A DNA stretch of 64,000 bases, from NCBI GenBank assembly GCA_963575745.1, contig CAUYUJ010000115.1, positions 124,001 through 188,000 of the forward strand, given 5' to 3'. The position numbers were made by a program, and so were the translations under genes. Numbering within the stretch: the stretch's first letter is position 1; every line of letters begins with the position of its first letter. Positions 12,100 to 25,099 of this stretch are shown here, in pieces. Under the pieces are notes generated by a model. It had not been told where the DNA came from and searched no databases. It was given only the letters and a program-made list of their open reading frames with translations. Origin of the DNA: Prorocentrum cordatum (lineage: Eukaryota).

Positions 12100-12930
12100 A
12101 CAAGACGCATGAGAAACATGTCGAAAGTTCAACGCCGCCGTGCCTATTGATTCCGTGGAGCTGCAAAATCTCTTCGACGACGGAAACCGTATGGTACCTA
12201 CGCAATGGATTGAGATCGACTCGAATGAACATCTCCGTAGACCGGGTGGACCTTCGGTTGCGCCGCAGAATCAGAGTAGACTTGCCGTGCGTGGAGATCT
12301 GGAAGAGTCGTTGGGCATCCGTGCGGATTCGCCAACGTGCGAACTCGAAGGGCTAAGGTTGATAGTATCATGGGCTGCCGGCCGGCACAGAGATTACATC
12401 TGCCGACATTACATCTGCGCGCTTCCAGGGGCAGGAACTCGACCGCCTCGTGCTGCTCAAGCCACCGCCCGGCTGACTCGACGGAGTACTGGATGGTGGA
12501 GCACTGATCGCGCGCATGCCCGTCTATTGCAACCGCGACGCAGGACGAGGTTTGCGGGAGAAAACCTGCAGAAGGTTTGAAGCTCATGGTCTGAAGGAGA
12601 ATCGCATCACGCCTGCTGTGTTTATTATTCACAATGACCAGAGCGAGATCGCGTGCATGTCAGGTACACATTTGGATGACATACTATGGGCTGCAGATGA
12701 TGAAGGCCAGAGAATCATCGATTCGGTATCAGCTGCGTTTGATATCCGCGAGATCAAGTCGCATACTTTCCGCCATTGCGGCTCGGATGTTGCTCAAGAT
12801 GAAGATGTCACGACGAGCATCGTGGCCAGGGGCATTATTGAAGATATCGAGGCTGCATCCCATCTCAAAGACGGCCCCTCGCAAGAAACTGCAATGGGGG
12901 CGAGACAGAACAACTCTGGTCGGTCGTAGG
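12100..12930 (+). pseudogene. Copia-type reverse transcriptase (RVT_2-like), decayed
   Basis: VPTQWIEIDSN...SRLAVRGD...ADSPT...PVYCNRDAGR...THLDDILWA. Confidence 0.88.
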
Positions 12931-13079
12931 TGCTTTGTCATGGGTTACACGTCAGTGTAAACCTGAGCTATTGTGTCGTGTGAGCAGACTGCAGACTGCA
13001 GCGCGTCACGCGAAGGTCAATTTTGAAGAAGCAAACCGTTTATTGAAAGAAGCAAATCAGTCCGCTGACTGCGGGTTTG

Positions 13080-13640
13080 TATTCAAAGGGGGAGCTGTTA
13101 AGTGGCATCGAAATATGATAGTGCTTACTGTTTGGGGCGCCAGCTGGGCAGGAGAAGAGGATCTAGTCAAGGGTGGAATCGAGCCTCTCAGGCCACAGAG
13201 GGGGCTAGTTTCAATGGGTTCGTAGGGCCTGGATTCATCGAGGGGAACAGTGATCATGTTCACCTTCTATGTATATCTACACGTTATCAAACGAGTATGA
13301 AAATTTACACTTCAAGCAGAGACCCTGGCTTTTTTGTTGGGTGTAGAATCCGGTGTGCGCATTCGCGCCGCCATCGCAGATGCGCGTGGGATGCTTGGCG
13401 CGGGAAAGAAGCTGCCAACGAACTGGGAAGACACACCAGCCATGTTTATGGGACACTTTTGGATGACGGATTGCAGAAGCCTTAAGGAACATTCCGTAGC
13501 ACCAGCTATGGGGTATGACAGAAGATAAGCGCTTGAGTATCGATTTGGGTCGTTTAGGACAAGATATTTTGACGAGTGGAACGCCAGAGGTAGAGAATTC
13601 ACATATACGCACATTTTGGTGGTAAGATCCGATGGATCGA
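13080..13640 (+). pseudogene. Copia-type RNase H, decayed
   Basis: GASWAG...TLQAET...WMTDCRSL...DKRLSIDL...IRWIDTRSM, read across frameshifts. Confidence 0.8.
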
Positions 13641-13902
13641 TACACGTAGTATGGCTGTTGGTTGTCAGGCTGTGAATATGCCTACACATTTCCTTGTTAG
13701 GATCCTACGTACAAGTTCGTATGACGTAACTCCAGACCTTGAATCTACCTTAAAGAAGGCCAATACACAACTGGCGAGGGCCAGGGTGAATGCTATCCCA
13801 TCGGGGAAGTGGGTGGTTGAGTCCTGGTTGCCTTTGACTTTATTAATCCCAACGTGGGAAAATTCTTTTTACTGCCCCTAGGTCGTGATAAAGTTTCACG
13901 GG

Positions 13903-14005
13903 CGTGATATAGTGCATGTGTCACGTCTGTACATGCACCATTCGCTGCCGTTTGACCTCTAGGTGGCCTTTTTTTGCCATTGCGCTATAACGCATCAAAT
14001 TCACA
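13903..14005 (+). repeat. 3' LTR
   Basis: CGTGA...TCACA, followed by the TSD ACAAA. Confidence 0.9.
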
Positions 14006-16542
14006 ACAAACATCCACGACCGATCTAGCACGCCAGGCACCTCTGTGGCAAGACCATAGGAGGCGGCGGATATAATGACCTTCGGCTTATCCCGCCACCG
14101 TACCCCCACTGTGGTTCAGAGGCCGTCTTGGGGTCCTCTTGGGTGCCTCTTGGGCCTTTTTGGGTTCCTCGCGGGCCGTCTTGGGGCCCTTTTGGGGTGT
14201 TCTGGGGCCCTCCTGTGGGTGTCCTTGGCAGTCCTACGGTGTTTTTCGGGGCTTCTCGGTTCGTCTTGGAGCGCTCGAAGAGGCAAACGTGGAGACTGAC
14301 GTAAATCTTCCTTTATGGCAGATCCCCGCGTTCGCCAGCAGCCCAAACAGGTCCTGCCCCACGTGCGGCTGGGCTCTGGAGCGCCGAAGGAGCCCAGAAG
14401 ATGTTGAAGACGTCGCCAAGATGCCACCGTATACCAGAACAGTAATCCAGGGGGCCAAGATAGCCTTCGACAGAGCCCGAAATAGTTGAATTCGATCCAA
14501 AGGTTTTGCCCCGAGTGCGGCTTCGGCCTCTGGAACTCCGAAGGAGTCTAGAATTCGCCAAAGACGGCGCCAAGATGCCGCCAGATGCCACAAAGGTGCC
14601 CCAGGCGCCCAAGGGTGCCAATATAACCCTCCACAGGGCCCGACATTTGGAATGTGGTTCCAATGGCGGTTGGGACTATTCCCAAGAGCCACCAAGGAGG
14701 GCTCACGAGTTTCCCGAGACGACGGGGAGGCGCCCGAGGATTCAGAGGAGGACCCGCCGAGGTCAAATCAGTAATTTCGCAGTGCTTTTTGAAGACTTGC
14801 GGGGTGTCTTGCCGCCACAGGCTTCCGCCACTCCAAGACGGCGTGGGGGCCCCTTGGATGCCACCACGACGACCAACCTATAGGCCCTCGCGAGAGGGGC
14901 CCCAGACTGGCCAAGGAGGTCTCAAGTTGGCCCAAAGGAGGAGGAGGAGGAAGTGGAGGAGGAGGAGGAGGATGAGGAGGAGGAGGAGGAGGGGGAGGAG
15001 GAGGAGGGGAGGAGGAGGGGAGGAGGGGGAGGGGGAGGAGGAGGAGGAGGAGGAGGAGGAGGAGGAGGAGGAGGAGGAGGAAAAGGAGGAGGGGGGGGAG
15101 ACCACTGGAGCTTTATGACGGCCCTGGAGGGCCCAAGGTGGCCGCCAAGATGCCCCAAGCTGGCTCCAGGATGACCTCGCGTGGCCCCCCATCCCAGAGC
15201 CCAAGAGGCTCCCAGGAGGCCTCCCCCAGAGGCATCCGATGGCTCCGACGAGACTCCATAGAGACCCATGGGAGCGCCCCCGAGCGGTTCCACTGCTGCC
15301 CGAGAATTCTCCACGATGGCCGAATGTGCTTCTGAGATGCCCCAATCGCCACTCCTGGGCACGCAGCACCACCCAGCGAAAAGCAGCAGCACGCAGCACG
15401 CAGCACCGGCAAGCCGCATCAAGTAGCAGCACGCCGCTCAGGGGCAAAACGATAGGGGGGAATAGGCATACGGGGGACGCATCGACCCCCAATCCCCCCT
15501 TGATCGCCGATAGGGGCCCGATAGCCCTAACCTGCCCAGGACGGCGCGGACTCACTATCGGGGCCCTATCGCCGAGCTCTCGGCGACGTATCGCCGCTTC
15601 CAGGTCGATGCATCCCCCCCCTATGCCAGTCCCCCCCCCGATCGTTGCTCCTCAGCCACAGCCAGCACCAGGCCGCAGCGACGAAAAAGAGCACTGCAGC
15701 ACCACGCATCGGCAGCCGGCAGGAGGCGGCACGGTGCGGAAGGACGATCAAGTCGGCAAGCAGTCAGGAAGCAGGCGAGTCGTCCAAAGGCTGTCAGCTC
15801 ACCAGCCTCGGCAGGACAGCAGGCGGGCGGGCAGGTCAGAAAGCAGGCGATCCCCACCAGTCCACGGACACCCCATCGCGGCTCCCCAAGTGTCCTGGCT
15901 CCCTTCCGGGCCCGTCACTCGTCTCCCCTCTCTCACCGCCCCTCCCTACTTGCCCCTCGCCTCTCACTCCGGGCTATTCGCTCCCTCTCCTCCCTCCTCC
16001 CTCCTCGCGCCTCCCCCTTGCCAGACCCATGCGGCCCCACAGGGGCCTCAAGAGCGACCCAGGGAGCCTCGCAACGGCTACGTGCTCACTCCTCACTCCT
16101 TGCTCCTTGATAGTCACTTCTTGCTAGTTTCTTGCTGCTCAGAGCTCGGGCCTCGGGACCGGCGTCGAGATGCCGGCAACATCCCATGCCCGCGACCGTT
16201 AAGATGCCATCGATGCCGGGAACGACGTCGAGGTGGCAGTCACTCCTCGCCCCCTTGCCCCCGCTCCTTGCTCTTCTCACTGCTCCTTCCTCTCTCCTGG
16301 CCCCTTGCTCACTCCTGGCTACTCGTTCCTCCTCCCTTCTCGCATCTGCCTCCTGCCAGTCCTACCTGGCCCCAGGAAGCCCAGCGACGGCTACCTCCCT
16401 CACTCCTCCATCCTCGTTGCTCCCTGCTCGTTTCTCGCCGCTCGCTGCTCGGGCCTTCACGGCGTTCGGCAGCGTTGTCGCCATCGCATCACATGCCACT
16501 TCGGAAAGGTTTCGTGGAAAGCAGTCCACGGCACAGCCTTGG

Positions 16543-17767
16543 TCTACCGTACAACGCCAGGGGAACCGCGTGCCAGAGGGAAAATGTTTCAAAAGACTCG
16601 GGACCAGCCCCGGCGCGCTCCAGGCTCCCCCCAGAGCTTTCCAAGACGGCCCAAGGAGGGCTCCCAGACGGCTCAAGATGGCCCGAGACGCTTGCAGACG
16701 GTCGAAGAGGTCGCCGCTATGGCGTTCAGACGGTCCCACTCCCACGGGGACCCCCAGACAGCAAAAGAGGCCCAAAGACGGCCCCAAGACGGCCCAAGAG
16801 GGCCCCAAGACTGCTCAAGATTGTTCCAGGAGCGCCCCAAGAGGGGGAACTCGAACTGACATTTCGCGCCCTCCGCTTCAGGATGATCCCAGCAGCCGTC
16901 AGCAGGCCCCCCCCAAACCGCCTCCTAGTTTGGAGCTTCGTGGTAACATCTCTTAGAGATCTCTGGGACCGAGCAGGGGACCCAGGAAAATAAGGCGTCC
17001 ATGTGCCTCTTTTGTTTCAAATTTCTTTTAACAGGCTCCGTTCTGAATGGGCGACTCGTTGGAGAGTTCTCCCTAAGTGTGCTCCAGACAGGCCGGCCAT
17101 CGGGAGCATGCTCCGCAGTGCCTTCGAACTTCTTCCGAGCCTACGCAACCAGCGCGCATCCTCCGACCTCTTTGGGTGGCCACAGCCACCGTGGAACATC
17201 GTTGGGAACTAAGGCCCACATACGTATGCCTCGTGTTTTCCATCCTTGGCCCTACTACGGCCTTAAGTCGTCTCAAGATCACCCTGGGGCGGCCCAAAAA
17301 GCCCCCATTACCCTAAAACCAGCAGCATGAAACACGAAGCAGGAAGCGCAGCGGCAGCACACAGCAACAGAAAGGAGCAGCAGCAGCAGCAGCAGCAGCA
17401 AGCAGCACCCAGCAGCACGCACCAGGCCGACGTGGCTATCAGCAGCACCCTGGAGACACAAACAACAACAGCAGCAGCAACAACAACAATATCAACAACA
17501 ACAACAACAACAATAACAACAATAATAACAACAGCAACAACACCAATAAGAACAACACCACCAACAACAGCAACAACAACACGCAGCAGCGGCGAGCATC
17601 ACCAACAGCACGCGACAGCAGCAGGAAACAGCAACACGCAGTAGCATGCGCGGAATGCGAGGATCGATCCCCGCGTCGTAATCTCGGCTTGTCGGCAGCA
17701 TGTCTACAATCACGTTCCAGTTCGTGCAGGTTTCGTGGACCGAGTCCAAGGGTCAGTCCTATCATAG
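16543..17767 (+). mobile_element. Helitron-like unit
   Basis: 5' TCTACCGTACAACGCCAGGGGAACCGCGTGCC. 3' TGGAC-CGA-GTCCA hairpin (about 17736-17748) + ...CTATCATAG. Internal CAG/ACA-rich tract at 17340-17640. Confidence 0.65.
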
Positions 17768-17872
17768 TCAGCTACAGCGCTGGGATCAGCGCGTGCGAGA
17801 AGGGCAAGCAGTGGCAGCGGGCGCTGGCGCTGCTGAGCGAGATGCGGGAGGCGAAGCAGGAACCGAACGTCA
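17768..17872 (+). CDS. PPR block, 1 repeat (105 bp)
   Basis: SYSAGISACEKGKQWQRALALLSEMREAKQEPNV. Confidence 0.8.
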
Positions 17873-18799
17873 TATCTAGATTACCCGCTTGTCGTTGAAC
17901 GTAGGTATTCTTAGTTTCCCAGGTCCCAGTCTACTTCTAGCGCCTACCTACTTCAAGCATCGGCATGATTTTGATGTGTTTTGTTACTCCCTGGGAATCC
18001 AACCCACTTTATCCGCCTTCCTACTTCGTGCTTCTGCCTACTTCTCCCGACCGGCGTGTACCGTACTGGGATCAGCGGGTGCGAGATGGCCGACTACATG
18101 TAAGAGTGACCCTTCGCCTGAGTGACCTTTGGTTTCTGGCTCGCAGGCGCCCCCCCGGCGCTGGCCTGCGCGCTTGGGTTTGGCCTGCCCGCGGCCCCCA
18201 CAGGGCCGCGCACCAAAGGCCACTCTTTCCTGTAGGTCACTCTGGCGTGCAGTCGAGACGGCACCAGCAGAACTCGGCCCCGGGCGGCTCCTGGCGGCCC
18301 CGGGGCGGCCCCAGGCTGTCGCCGGCGCTCTCGGGGCGGCCCTGGACGGCCACGCGCGGCCGCCAGGTGGCCCAAGAGGACCCCAAGCGAGCCCCAGAAC
18401 AGCCCAAGACGGCCCCCAAACAAGCCAGGAGGCCCCCAAGACTGCCCAAGAGGACCCCGATGAAGCGATTTTCAGGTTTCGCCCAGTTCGAGCCCAGAAC
18501 AGACCCAGACGGATTCCGGGCCGTCCCAGGTCGCCCAAAAACGGCCTCAAAAGTCAAGAAGCTTCGAGGAGAGCAACAAGGCGGCCCAAGATCGCTCCAA
18601 GACGGCCCCAGAGAACCTCACGGCGCAATACTTCGCCGCCACGAAAGTTCGGCCAAAACACAGCGCTTCCTGTTATGCGACGGGTTCCCGGTACAACTTT
18701 GTCAATGGCGTTGCGCCCCCGACAAGAGAGGAGACGTCAAAGGGGCCTGTTAGGCCGCGGGACCCCAGTACAACATTCTGTTCAATCATTGCTTTGCTC

Positions 18800-19300
18800 A
18801 AGTCTCGGGCGGAACCGCCCTTTCGAACTCGCACCCGATGGTTTCGACATCCAGTAAAAATCGCTGTGTGCAGGAAGTCTTAAGCAAAAGCCGCACTTTC
18901 GAAATCTCTGATCATACATGTAAAGTTTTATTTTCCAGTCGATGTGGCCATTTCGAAGCGACGGTTTCGCCTGAGACGCCCCCAATAGAACAATTTCGAA
19001 CGATTTCGGAGCTTTCGGGTTCGATTTCCAAATGGCGCTCCCGCCCAAAACTTCCTCCAAACTAGAGTTCGAAACCCTTTTGGTTCGATTTCGAAAGGGC
19101 GATCCCGCCCAAGATTTCTTCGAAAACTGAATTCAAAGCCTGCCGGCATTGATTTCGAAATGGCGCTCCCTCCCAGGAGTTCCTGACAAGTGGAACTCAA
19201 CACCCTTCTGGTTTGATTTCGACATGGCGCTCCCTCCCAGGACTTCCTCGACAATTGAGGTAGGCACTTCTTCAGCCCGAATTCGCAATGGCGCTGCCGT
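18800..19300. repeat. Degenerate ~65 bp repeat (TTCGATTTCGAAATGGCGCTCCC core), both orientations
   Basis: Core recurs at about 19020, 19084, 19150, 19214 and 19280. Inverted variants at 18805-18965. Confidence 0.6.
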
Positions 19301-20429
19301 CTAAGGCCTGTCTTGGTGGAAGCACGAAGCGGGTCAAATCTTTCGTGGCGCCAGTGCAGAGCCCCAGGTGCCTCCCAAGACAGCCCCAAGCAAGCCTCAG
19401 GAGCTGCCTACGAGAGCGCAAAACTGGCTCCAAGACGGCCCTAGACCCCCAACAAGGGCTCCAAGACGGCCCAAGAGGCCCCCAAGACGGCCCACGAGAC
19501 GCCCAACATGCGCCAAGAGGGCCGGCCACCAGAGACCCCAGACAGGCCCACAGGAAGCCCCGAAAGGGATTCCAAGAGGGGATGGCTTTTAAACAGAAGT
19601 TGAACAGAAGCTGCTCCTGGGTTGGACACGCTGTTGGTTTTTAAACTTCGGTTAGCTTTGGGGGGGCCTCTGGGGCACGGCTTTGAGCACCGACGAAATG
19701 GCTCGCAGGGAGCTCCCCAGGGGTGTTCGAGAGTGTTCTGAGGGGACCTGACATGTAAGAGATGTCGCTTCCTGGTTGGATGCGTTGTTTTGTTCAATGT
19801 CGCTTGTATTGTAAAGGCCTGGCGGCCGGTGCCGCCGACCCTGAAAGACATCGACGACGACCAGGAGGGGGAGGAGGAGGAGACGGATGAGGAGGATGAG
19901 GAGAGGAGGACGAGGCGGAGATGAGGAGGAGGAGGAGGAGGAGGAAAAGGAGTCGCCCCTGGGACACCCCCCCCTGGGGAGGAGGACCAGAGGAGGACCA
20001 GCGTGGGAGAGGGGAAGGGGGGGGGAGGAGGACCCCTACGGACGGATGCGTATCTGACTCCCCCCCCCCCTGGGACTCCTCCCCACCTGGAGAGGAGGAC
20101 CCGAGGAGGACCGGCGCGCCGGAGCAGGACCGGCGTGGGAGAGGAGGACCCCCAGAGGCGATGCGAATCTGACCACCCCCTCCCCTCCCCGAGATTCGGT
20201 CTCTTTACAACTCGAACAGCATTTTACAACCGAGATAAGTCATTCTACAACCAACAACGTAACGAAGTTCTTGGTTTTCTTTTGAGAACGACCACTTTGC
20301 AACCAGAGCAGCCCACTTTACAACCAGAACGACCACTTTACAACTCAGACGGGGCTCTTTGCAACCAGAACGGCCATTTTACAGCCAGCCTTCAGAAACG
20401 CGCGCGCGTTGGAGGGGCTTTGGGAACTT

Positions 20430-20720
20430 TTGAGCGCCTGAACGCTCTGCAGAGTCTTCTGAGCGCCTGAGCGGTCTGCAGAGGCGTGATGAGCGCGTGA
20501 GTGCTCTGCAGAGGCTTCTGAGCGCCTGAGCCCTCTGCGGAGGTTTCTGAGCGCCTGAGCACATTGCAGAGGCTTCTGAGCGCTTGAGCGCTCTGCAGAG
20601 GCTTCTGAGCGCTTGAGCGCTCTGCAGAGGCTTCTGAACGCCTGGACGTTTTCCAAAGGTTTCTGAGCGCCCAGGCGCTTCGCAGAGGGTTCGAAACGCC
20701 TCAGCGTTCTGAAGCCTTTG
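20430..20720. repeat. 29 bp minisatellite (CTGAGCGCCTGAGCGCTCTGCAGAGGCTT)
   Basis: About 10 tandem copies visible. Confidence 0.9.
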
Positions 20721-20759
20721 CAAAGCGAGAGTGGAGAAGTGTTTGCGGTGCCCGAAGAA

Positions 20760-21800
20760 CAAATTGAAACCCGCATGCACTGCCCAGAATTTTACCAGCG
20801 ATTTGTTTCTGCACTTTCCGCCTTTCTGGGTACGAATGCTTCCGCACTTGCGCAAACAGACGTTCTTGCGATTGCCAGACGATGGGGCGCGAGAACAGAC
20901 ATGGCCTACGATAAAAAAAAACACACTTTGAAATATGAACGCATTGGCTAGAGTTGTTCAGACGATTTGGCCACATTTCTGCCCTCTGTGTACGCATGTT
21001 TCCGTGGATGCGAACACATGCGGTGTTGCCATTGTCAGACGATGAAGCGCGAGGACGAAAGTTGTCTGTCAGGACAACAACACATGTTGGCATCCACGCG
21101 TAGTGGCCCGCATGTTAGCATCGTCTTCTTGGCCACATTTCCGCTTCTTGGGCACGCATGCCCGAAATTTCGAAAGCGCACCTATTTCGTGATTGTCAGA
21201 CGATGAGGCGCGAGGACAAACATCGTCCGTGATACAAGCCGCCGCAATGCGATCTCCACATGTACGGTTCGAATGTTACCATCGATTCGTTTCCACATTG
21301 CCGCCCTCCTGGGTACGCATGCGACCGCGAATGCGAAAACATACGGTTCTGCTATGGCGTGAGGGCCAAAGTTGTCTGCGAGGCCAAGCACACATTGAAA
21401 TGCACAGATGTCGGCTAAAAGTTGCCCATGGATTTTTTGGCAACATTACCGCCCCCTGGGTACGCATGCTTCCGCAATTCTGAACATATATGTTAATGAT
21501 TTTGCCAAACGATGAGGCGCGATGACAAACATTGTACATTGTTTCTGATGCAACATATAACCACTTGAAGTCCACATGTATTGGGTAGGAAGTTACGAAT
21601 GAGTGCCTGGCCACATTTCCGCTTTCCTGGGTGCGCATGCTTCCGCACAGCACATGCGAAAACATACGGTTGCGTCGTTGCCAAACGGTGAGGCGCCTTG
21701 GCAAAACATGCCTGTGGTGCAAAAATGAAATCCGACTGCATTTGCTAAAATTATACCAGCGAGTTATTGGCCACATTTCCGCTCGCCTGGGGGCACGCGT
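20760..21800. repeat. Degenerate ~160 bp tandem repeat
   Basis: GGCCACATTTCC, GTACGCATG and CAGACGATGAGGCGCG motifs recur at about 160 bp spacing. Confidence 0.7.
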
Positions 21801-21917
21801 GTTCTTTTTTGGGGTTTTTCCCAACCCTCCTGCGTTGGGTTCTCGTTTTGAAGAGAGCACTGCTCGCGCGAACCTTCCTTCCTTTCTTCCCGTCCCTCTC
21901 TTCCCCCCTGCCTTTGA

Positions 21918-23145
21918 GCTCGCCATCCCTGGGGGGCTGCGATCTGTGAAACTGTCGCCACTTTCGAGGGCTGTTGGGGGGCCCAGCACAGTGGGTATTC
22001 ACCGCGGATTCAAATCAGACCTCGCCATCCTTGGGGCGCTGCGATCTGCGAAACTGTCGCCACATTCGAGGCGGTACTCACCGCAGACTCAAATTAGACC
22101 TCGCCATCCCTGGGGGGCTGCGATCTGCGAAATTGTCGCCACTTTCGAGGCCTGCTGGGGGGCCCAGCACGGTGGGTGCTCACCGCAGATTCAAATTAGA
22201 CATCGCCATCCCTGGGGGGCTGCGATCTGTGAAACTGTCGCCACTTTCGAGGCTTGCTGGGGGGGCCCAGCACAGTGGGTACTCACCGCGGATTCAAATT
22301 AGACCTCGCCGTCCCTGGGGGGCTGCGATCTGTGAAACTGTCGCCACTTTCGAGGCCTGCTGGGGGGCCCGGCACACTGGGTACTCACCGCGGATTCAAA
22401 TTAGACCTCCTCATCCTTGGGGGTTGCGATCTGTCAAACTGTCGCCACTTTCGAGGCCTGCTGGGGGGCCCGGCACATTGGGTACTCACCGCAGACTCAA
22501 ATTAGACCTCGCCATCCCTGGGGGGCTGCGATCTGTGAAACTGTCGCCACTTTCGAGGCCTGCTGGGGGGCCCAGCACAGTGGGTACCCACGGCGGATTC
22601 AAATTAGACCTCGCCATCCCTGGGGGGCTGCGATCTGTGAAACTGTCGCCACTTTCGAGGCCTGCTGGGGGGCCCAGCACAGTGGGTACTCACCGCGGAC
22701 TCAAATTAGACCTCGCCATCCCTGGGGGGCTGCGATCTGTGAAACTGTCGCCACTTTCGAGGCCTGCTGGGGGGCCCAGCACAGTGGGTACTCACCGCAG
22801 ATTCAAATTAGACCTCGCCATCCCTGGGGGGCTGCGATCTGTGAAACTGTCGCCACTTTCGAGGCCTGCTGGGGGGCCCAGCACAGTGACGCCACACGCA
22901 GATTCAAATTAGACCTCGCCATCCCTGGGGGGCTGCGATCTGTGAAACTGTCGCCACTTTCGAGGCCTGCTGGGGGGCCCAGCACAGTGACGCCACACGC
23001 AGATTCAAGTTAGACCTCGCCATCCCTGGGGCGCTGCGATCTGTGAAACTGTCGCCACTTTCGAGGCCTGCTGGGGGGCCCAGCACAGTGTCGCCACGCG
23101 CGGACCCAAATTAGACCTCGCCATCCCTGGGGGGCTGCGATCTGA
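21918..23145 (+). repeat. 102 bp satellite, about 12 copies
   Basis: CTCGCCATCCCTGGGGGGCTGCGATCTGTGAAACTGTCGCCACTTTCGAGG... recurs, e.g. at 22508 and 22610. Units are near-identical with no unique spacers. Confidence 0.95.
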
Positions 23146-24889
23146 GATCCCCGCCTTCGTAGTGGCTAGGGTTGCTCAGGGATTGTAACTAATCAGCTTT
23201 ATCTAGTCCTTGTCCTGTAGCCAGTTTCCTGCGAGTGTCCCGAATTCCGCATGTAGACATATGTAACCCTCGTTCCGTCATCGCCCCTTAGTAAAGTGTC
23301 CTAAGCTATTTGCGCCCCGCGTTTGCGCAGGGGTTGGGTACGTCGCCAGGGTAATTTTGTGTTGCGGCAGACGCTGTCTCTATCCCCAGAAGAGGCAAGA
23401 TCTTCAGACAGAGGTTATGAGGTTCCGTTCAACGATGTAGATTTAGGGCATGGCGGCAACAAAACTTGAACCGCCCAGGCCTGTTACCAGCCTGTAGCGA
23501 GAGGGCCTCTATTGGACCCCAACTGGGTTCCAATAGTTCTTTGAGGATACCACAAGGATAGCAATAGGACGCGAATCGGGGCACAATATGTGTCAAAGGG
23601 GACAGGTTTTTGTTGAGTTGCAGTTGGGTCCTGGTGGGATTCCAGTAGTACGCCCGTATGGACCGAAAAGGAACATGCGATTGTATTCCAATGCGACATC
23701 CTTCATCTTCGCAAATATGGTTATGATGGGATTCCAAGAAGAACGTCCCCTATCGTTTTCGAGTGTGAACCTGCAATAATACCCACCGGGTTTCCATGTA
23801 CTACCCTCAGTACGTTTCCCGCAGCATTCTAACAGGAAGGTTTCTCGATTTTAATCTAGTGCGGTTTCCAATCGGTTTCCATTGGGAGGGGCCCCTACGG
23901 GTTTCAATAGGCAGCATCCCGATCGGATTCCAATAGGAAGCCCGTAGGCCCCATATCGATGACTTTTGTTGGCTACCACTGGGATTCATCTGGTGCCAGC
24001 AGGATCCCTGTGGGAAGGGTGCCAATCGGGTTCCATTCGGATTCCTATTGGATCCCGTTAGTTAGGAATCCGCCACTTCACATATTCTCGCTTCAGACGG
24101 GTCACTTTACAACCAACACGCTTCAGAGAGCGAAGTGTCTCCCTTACGTGGACCCACGGAAACTTCGGAAATTGAAGAACATGTATCGCTTATGTGCGTT
24201 TATTTGCTTGGTTGTGAAGTGGCCTTCCTGGTTGTAAAGTGCCCTTCTGGGAAAACCCATGCTGGTTGGTAAGTGCCCCATATGGTTGTAATGTGGCCGC
24301 TCTGGTTACAATGTGGCCCACACGCCCCCCTCTCCCCCCTTCCCCCGGGACCCCCCCCCGCCGGGGAAGGGACACAGGGAATGGGGCTTCCTTTTGACGT
24401 GACTGCGACGTGGGTCGATTTCCCTCAATCCCGGGACTCCTTCCCCCAACGACGGGAGAGTGCTCTATCCCTACGGGGAAGGATAAACGGAAAAGGGGTC
24501 CCGTCGACGGGACCAGACAGATCCCTCACGCACGCCGACAGGGTGGGCAGATTTTTGGGCTCTCTTAGGCGTGTCTTGGAGCATTGGAGGAGCACCATAG
24601 AGGCTCACTGGGAGTAAGCAAGGGGGGCGAAGAGGGCCCCAAAAATGTCCAGGAAACTCCAAGGGGGCCCAAAAAGGGCTTCAATATGAACAGACATTTG
24701 CCAGACACCGCTTCCTGGTGGGGCGCGCTGTTTCTCAATTTCTGTTCAATTGGGCACCCTCTTAGACGCTTCTTGGAGCGGCGCTTCGACGAGCTGTTCG
24801 GTTTCGACGGGCTGGTCTGTGGAGTAAATCCACGGCGTGCGAGCCCCAGGTTGCGCACGCAGTGGATTCAATCCACGGGTGCACACTAT

Positions 24890-25099
24890 TTAGCTATAAT
24901 GCTGGGATCCGCGCGTGCGAGAATTGCGAGCAGCGGAAGTCGGCGCTGGCGCTGCTGAGCGAGATGCGGGAGGCGAAGGTGTTGCCCAACGTCATCAGCT
25001 ACAGCGTTGGGATCAGCGCGTGCGAAAAGGGCGAGCAGTGGCAGCGGGCGTTGGCGCTGCTGAGCGAGATGTGGGAGGCGAAGGTGTTGCCCGACGTCA
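24890..25099 (+). CDS. PPR block, 2 repeats (210 bp)
   Basis: SYNAGIRACENCEQRKSALALLSEMREAKVLPNVI SYSVGISACEKGEQWQRALALLSEMWEAKVLPDV. Confidence 0.8.

Larger units (their letters stand above)
3296..14005 (+). mobile_element. Decayed Ty1/copia LTR retrotransposon
   Basis: Two similar LTRs of about 105 bp, 5-bp TSD ACAAA (3291-3295 and 14006-14010), PBS, and gag-integrase-RT-RNaseH order. Many stops and frameshifts. Confidence 0.93.
2384..16542 (+). mobile_element. Composite interval between a PPR block and the next Helitron-like 3' end; hosts the copia element
   Basis: 3' end CGTGGA-AAGCAG-TCCACG (16513-16530) + TTGG (16539-16542). The 5' end at 2384 is atypical (TTGATC), so this may be more than one unit. 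Confidence 0.45.
17873..24889 (+). mobile_element. Long Helitron-like unit containing several satellites
   Basis: 5' TATCTA...[about 180 bp insert]...CCGTACTGGGATCAGCGGGTGCGAG. 3' GTGGAT-TCA-ATCCAC (24862-24876) + CTAT. Confidence 0.55.

Noticed and set aside
15508..15571. 17-bp inverted repeat (CGATAGGGGCCCGATAG) as an ncRNA
   Set aside because: A single hairpin in repeat-derived DNA with no other RNA-family features.
21918..23145. CRISPR-like array (also 44455-45257 and 54440-58825)
   Set aside because: Whole units repeat with no unique spacers, there are no cas genes and the context is eukaryotic. These are satellites.
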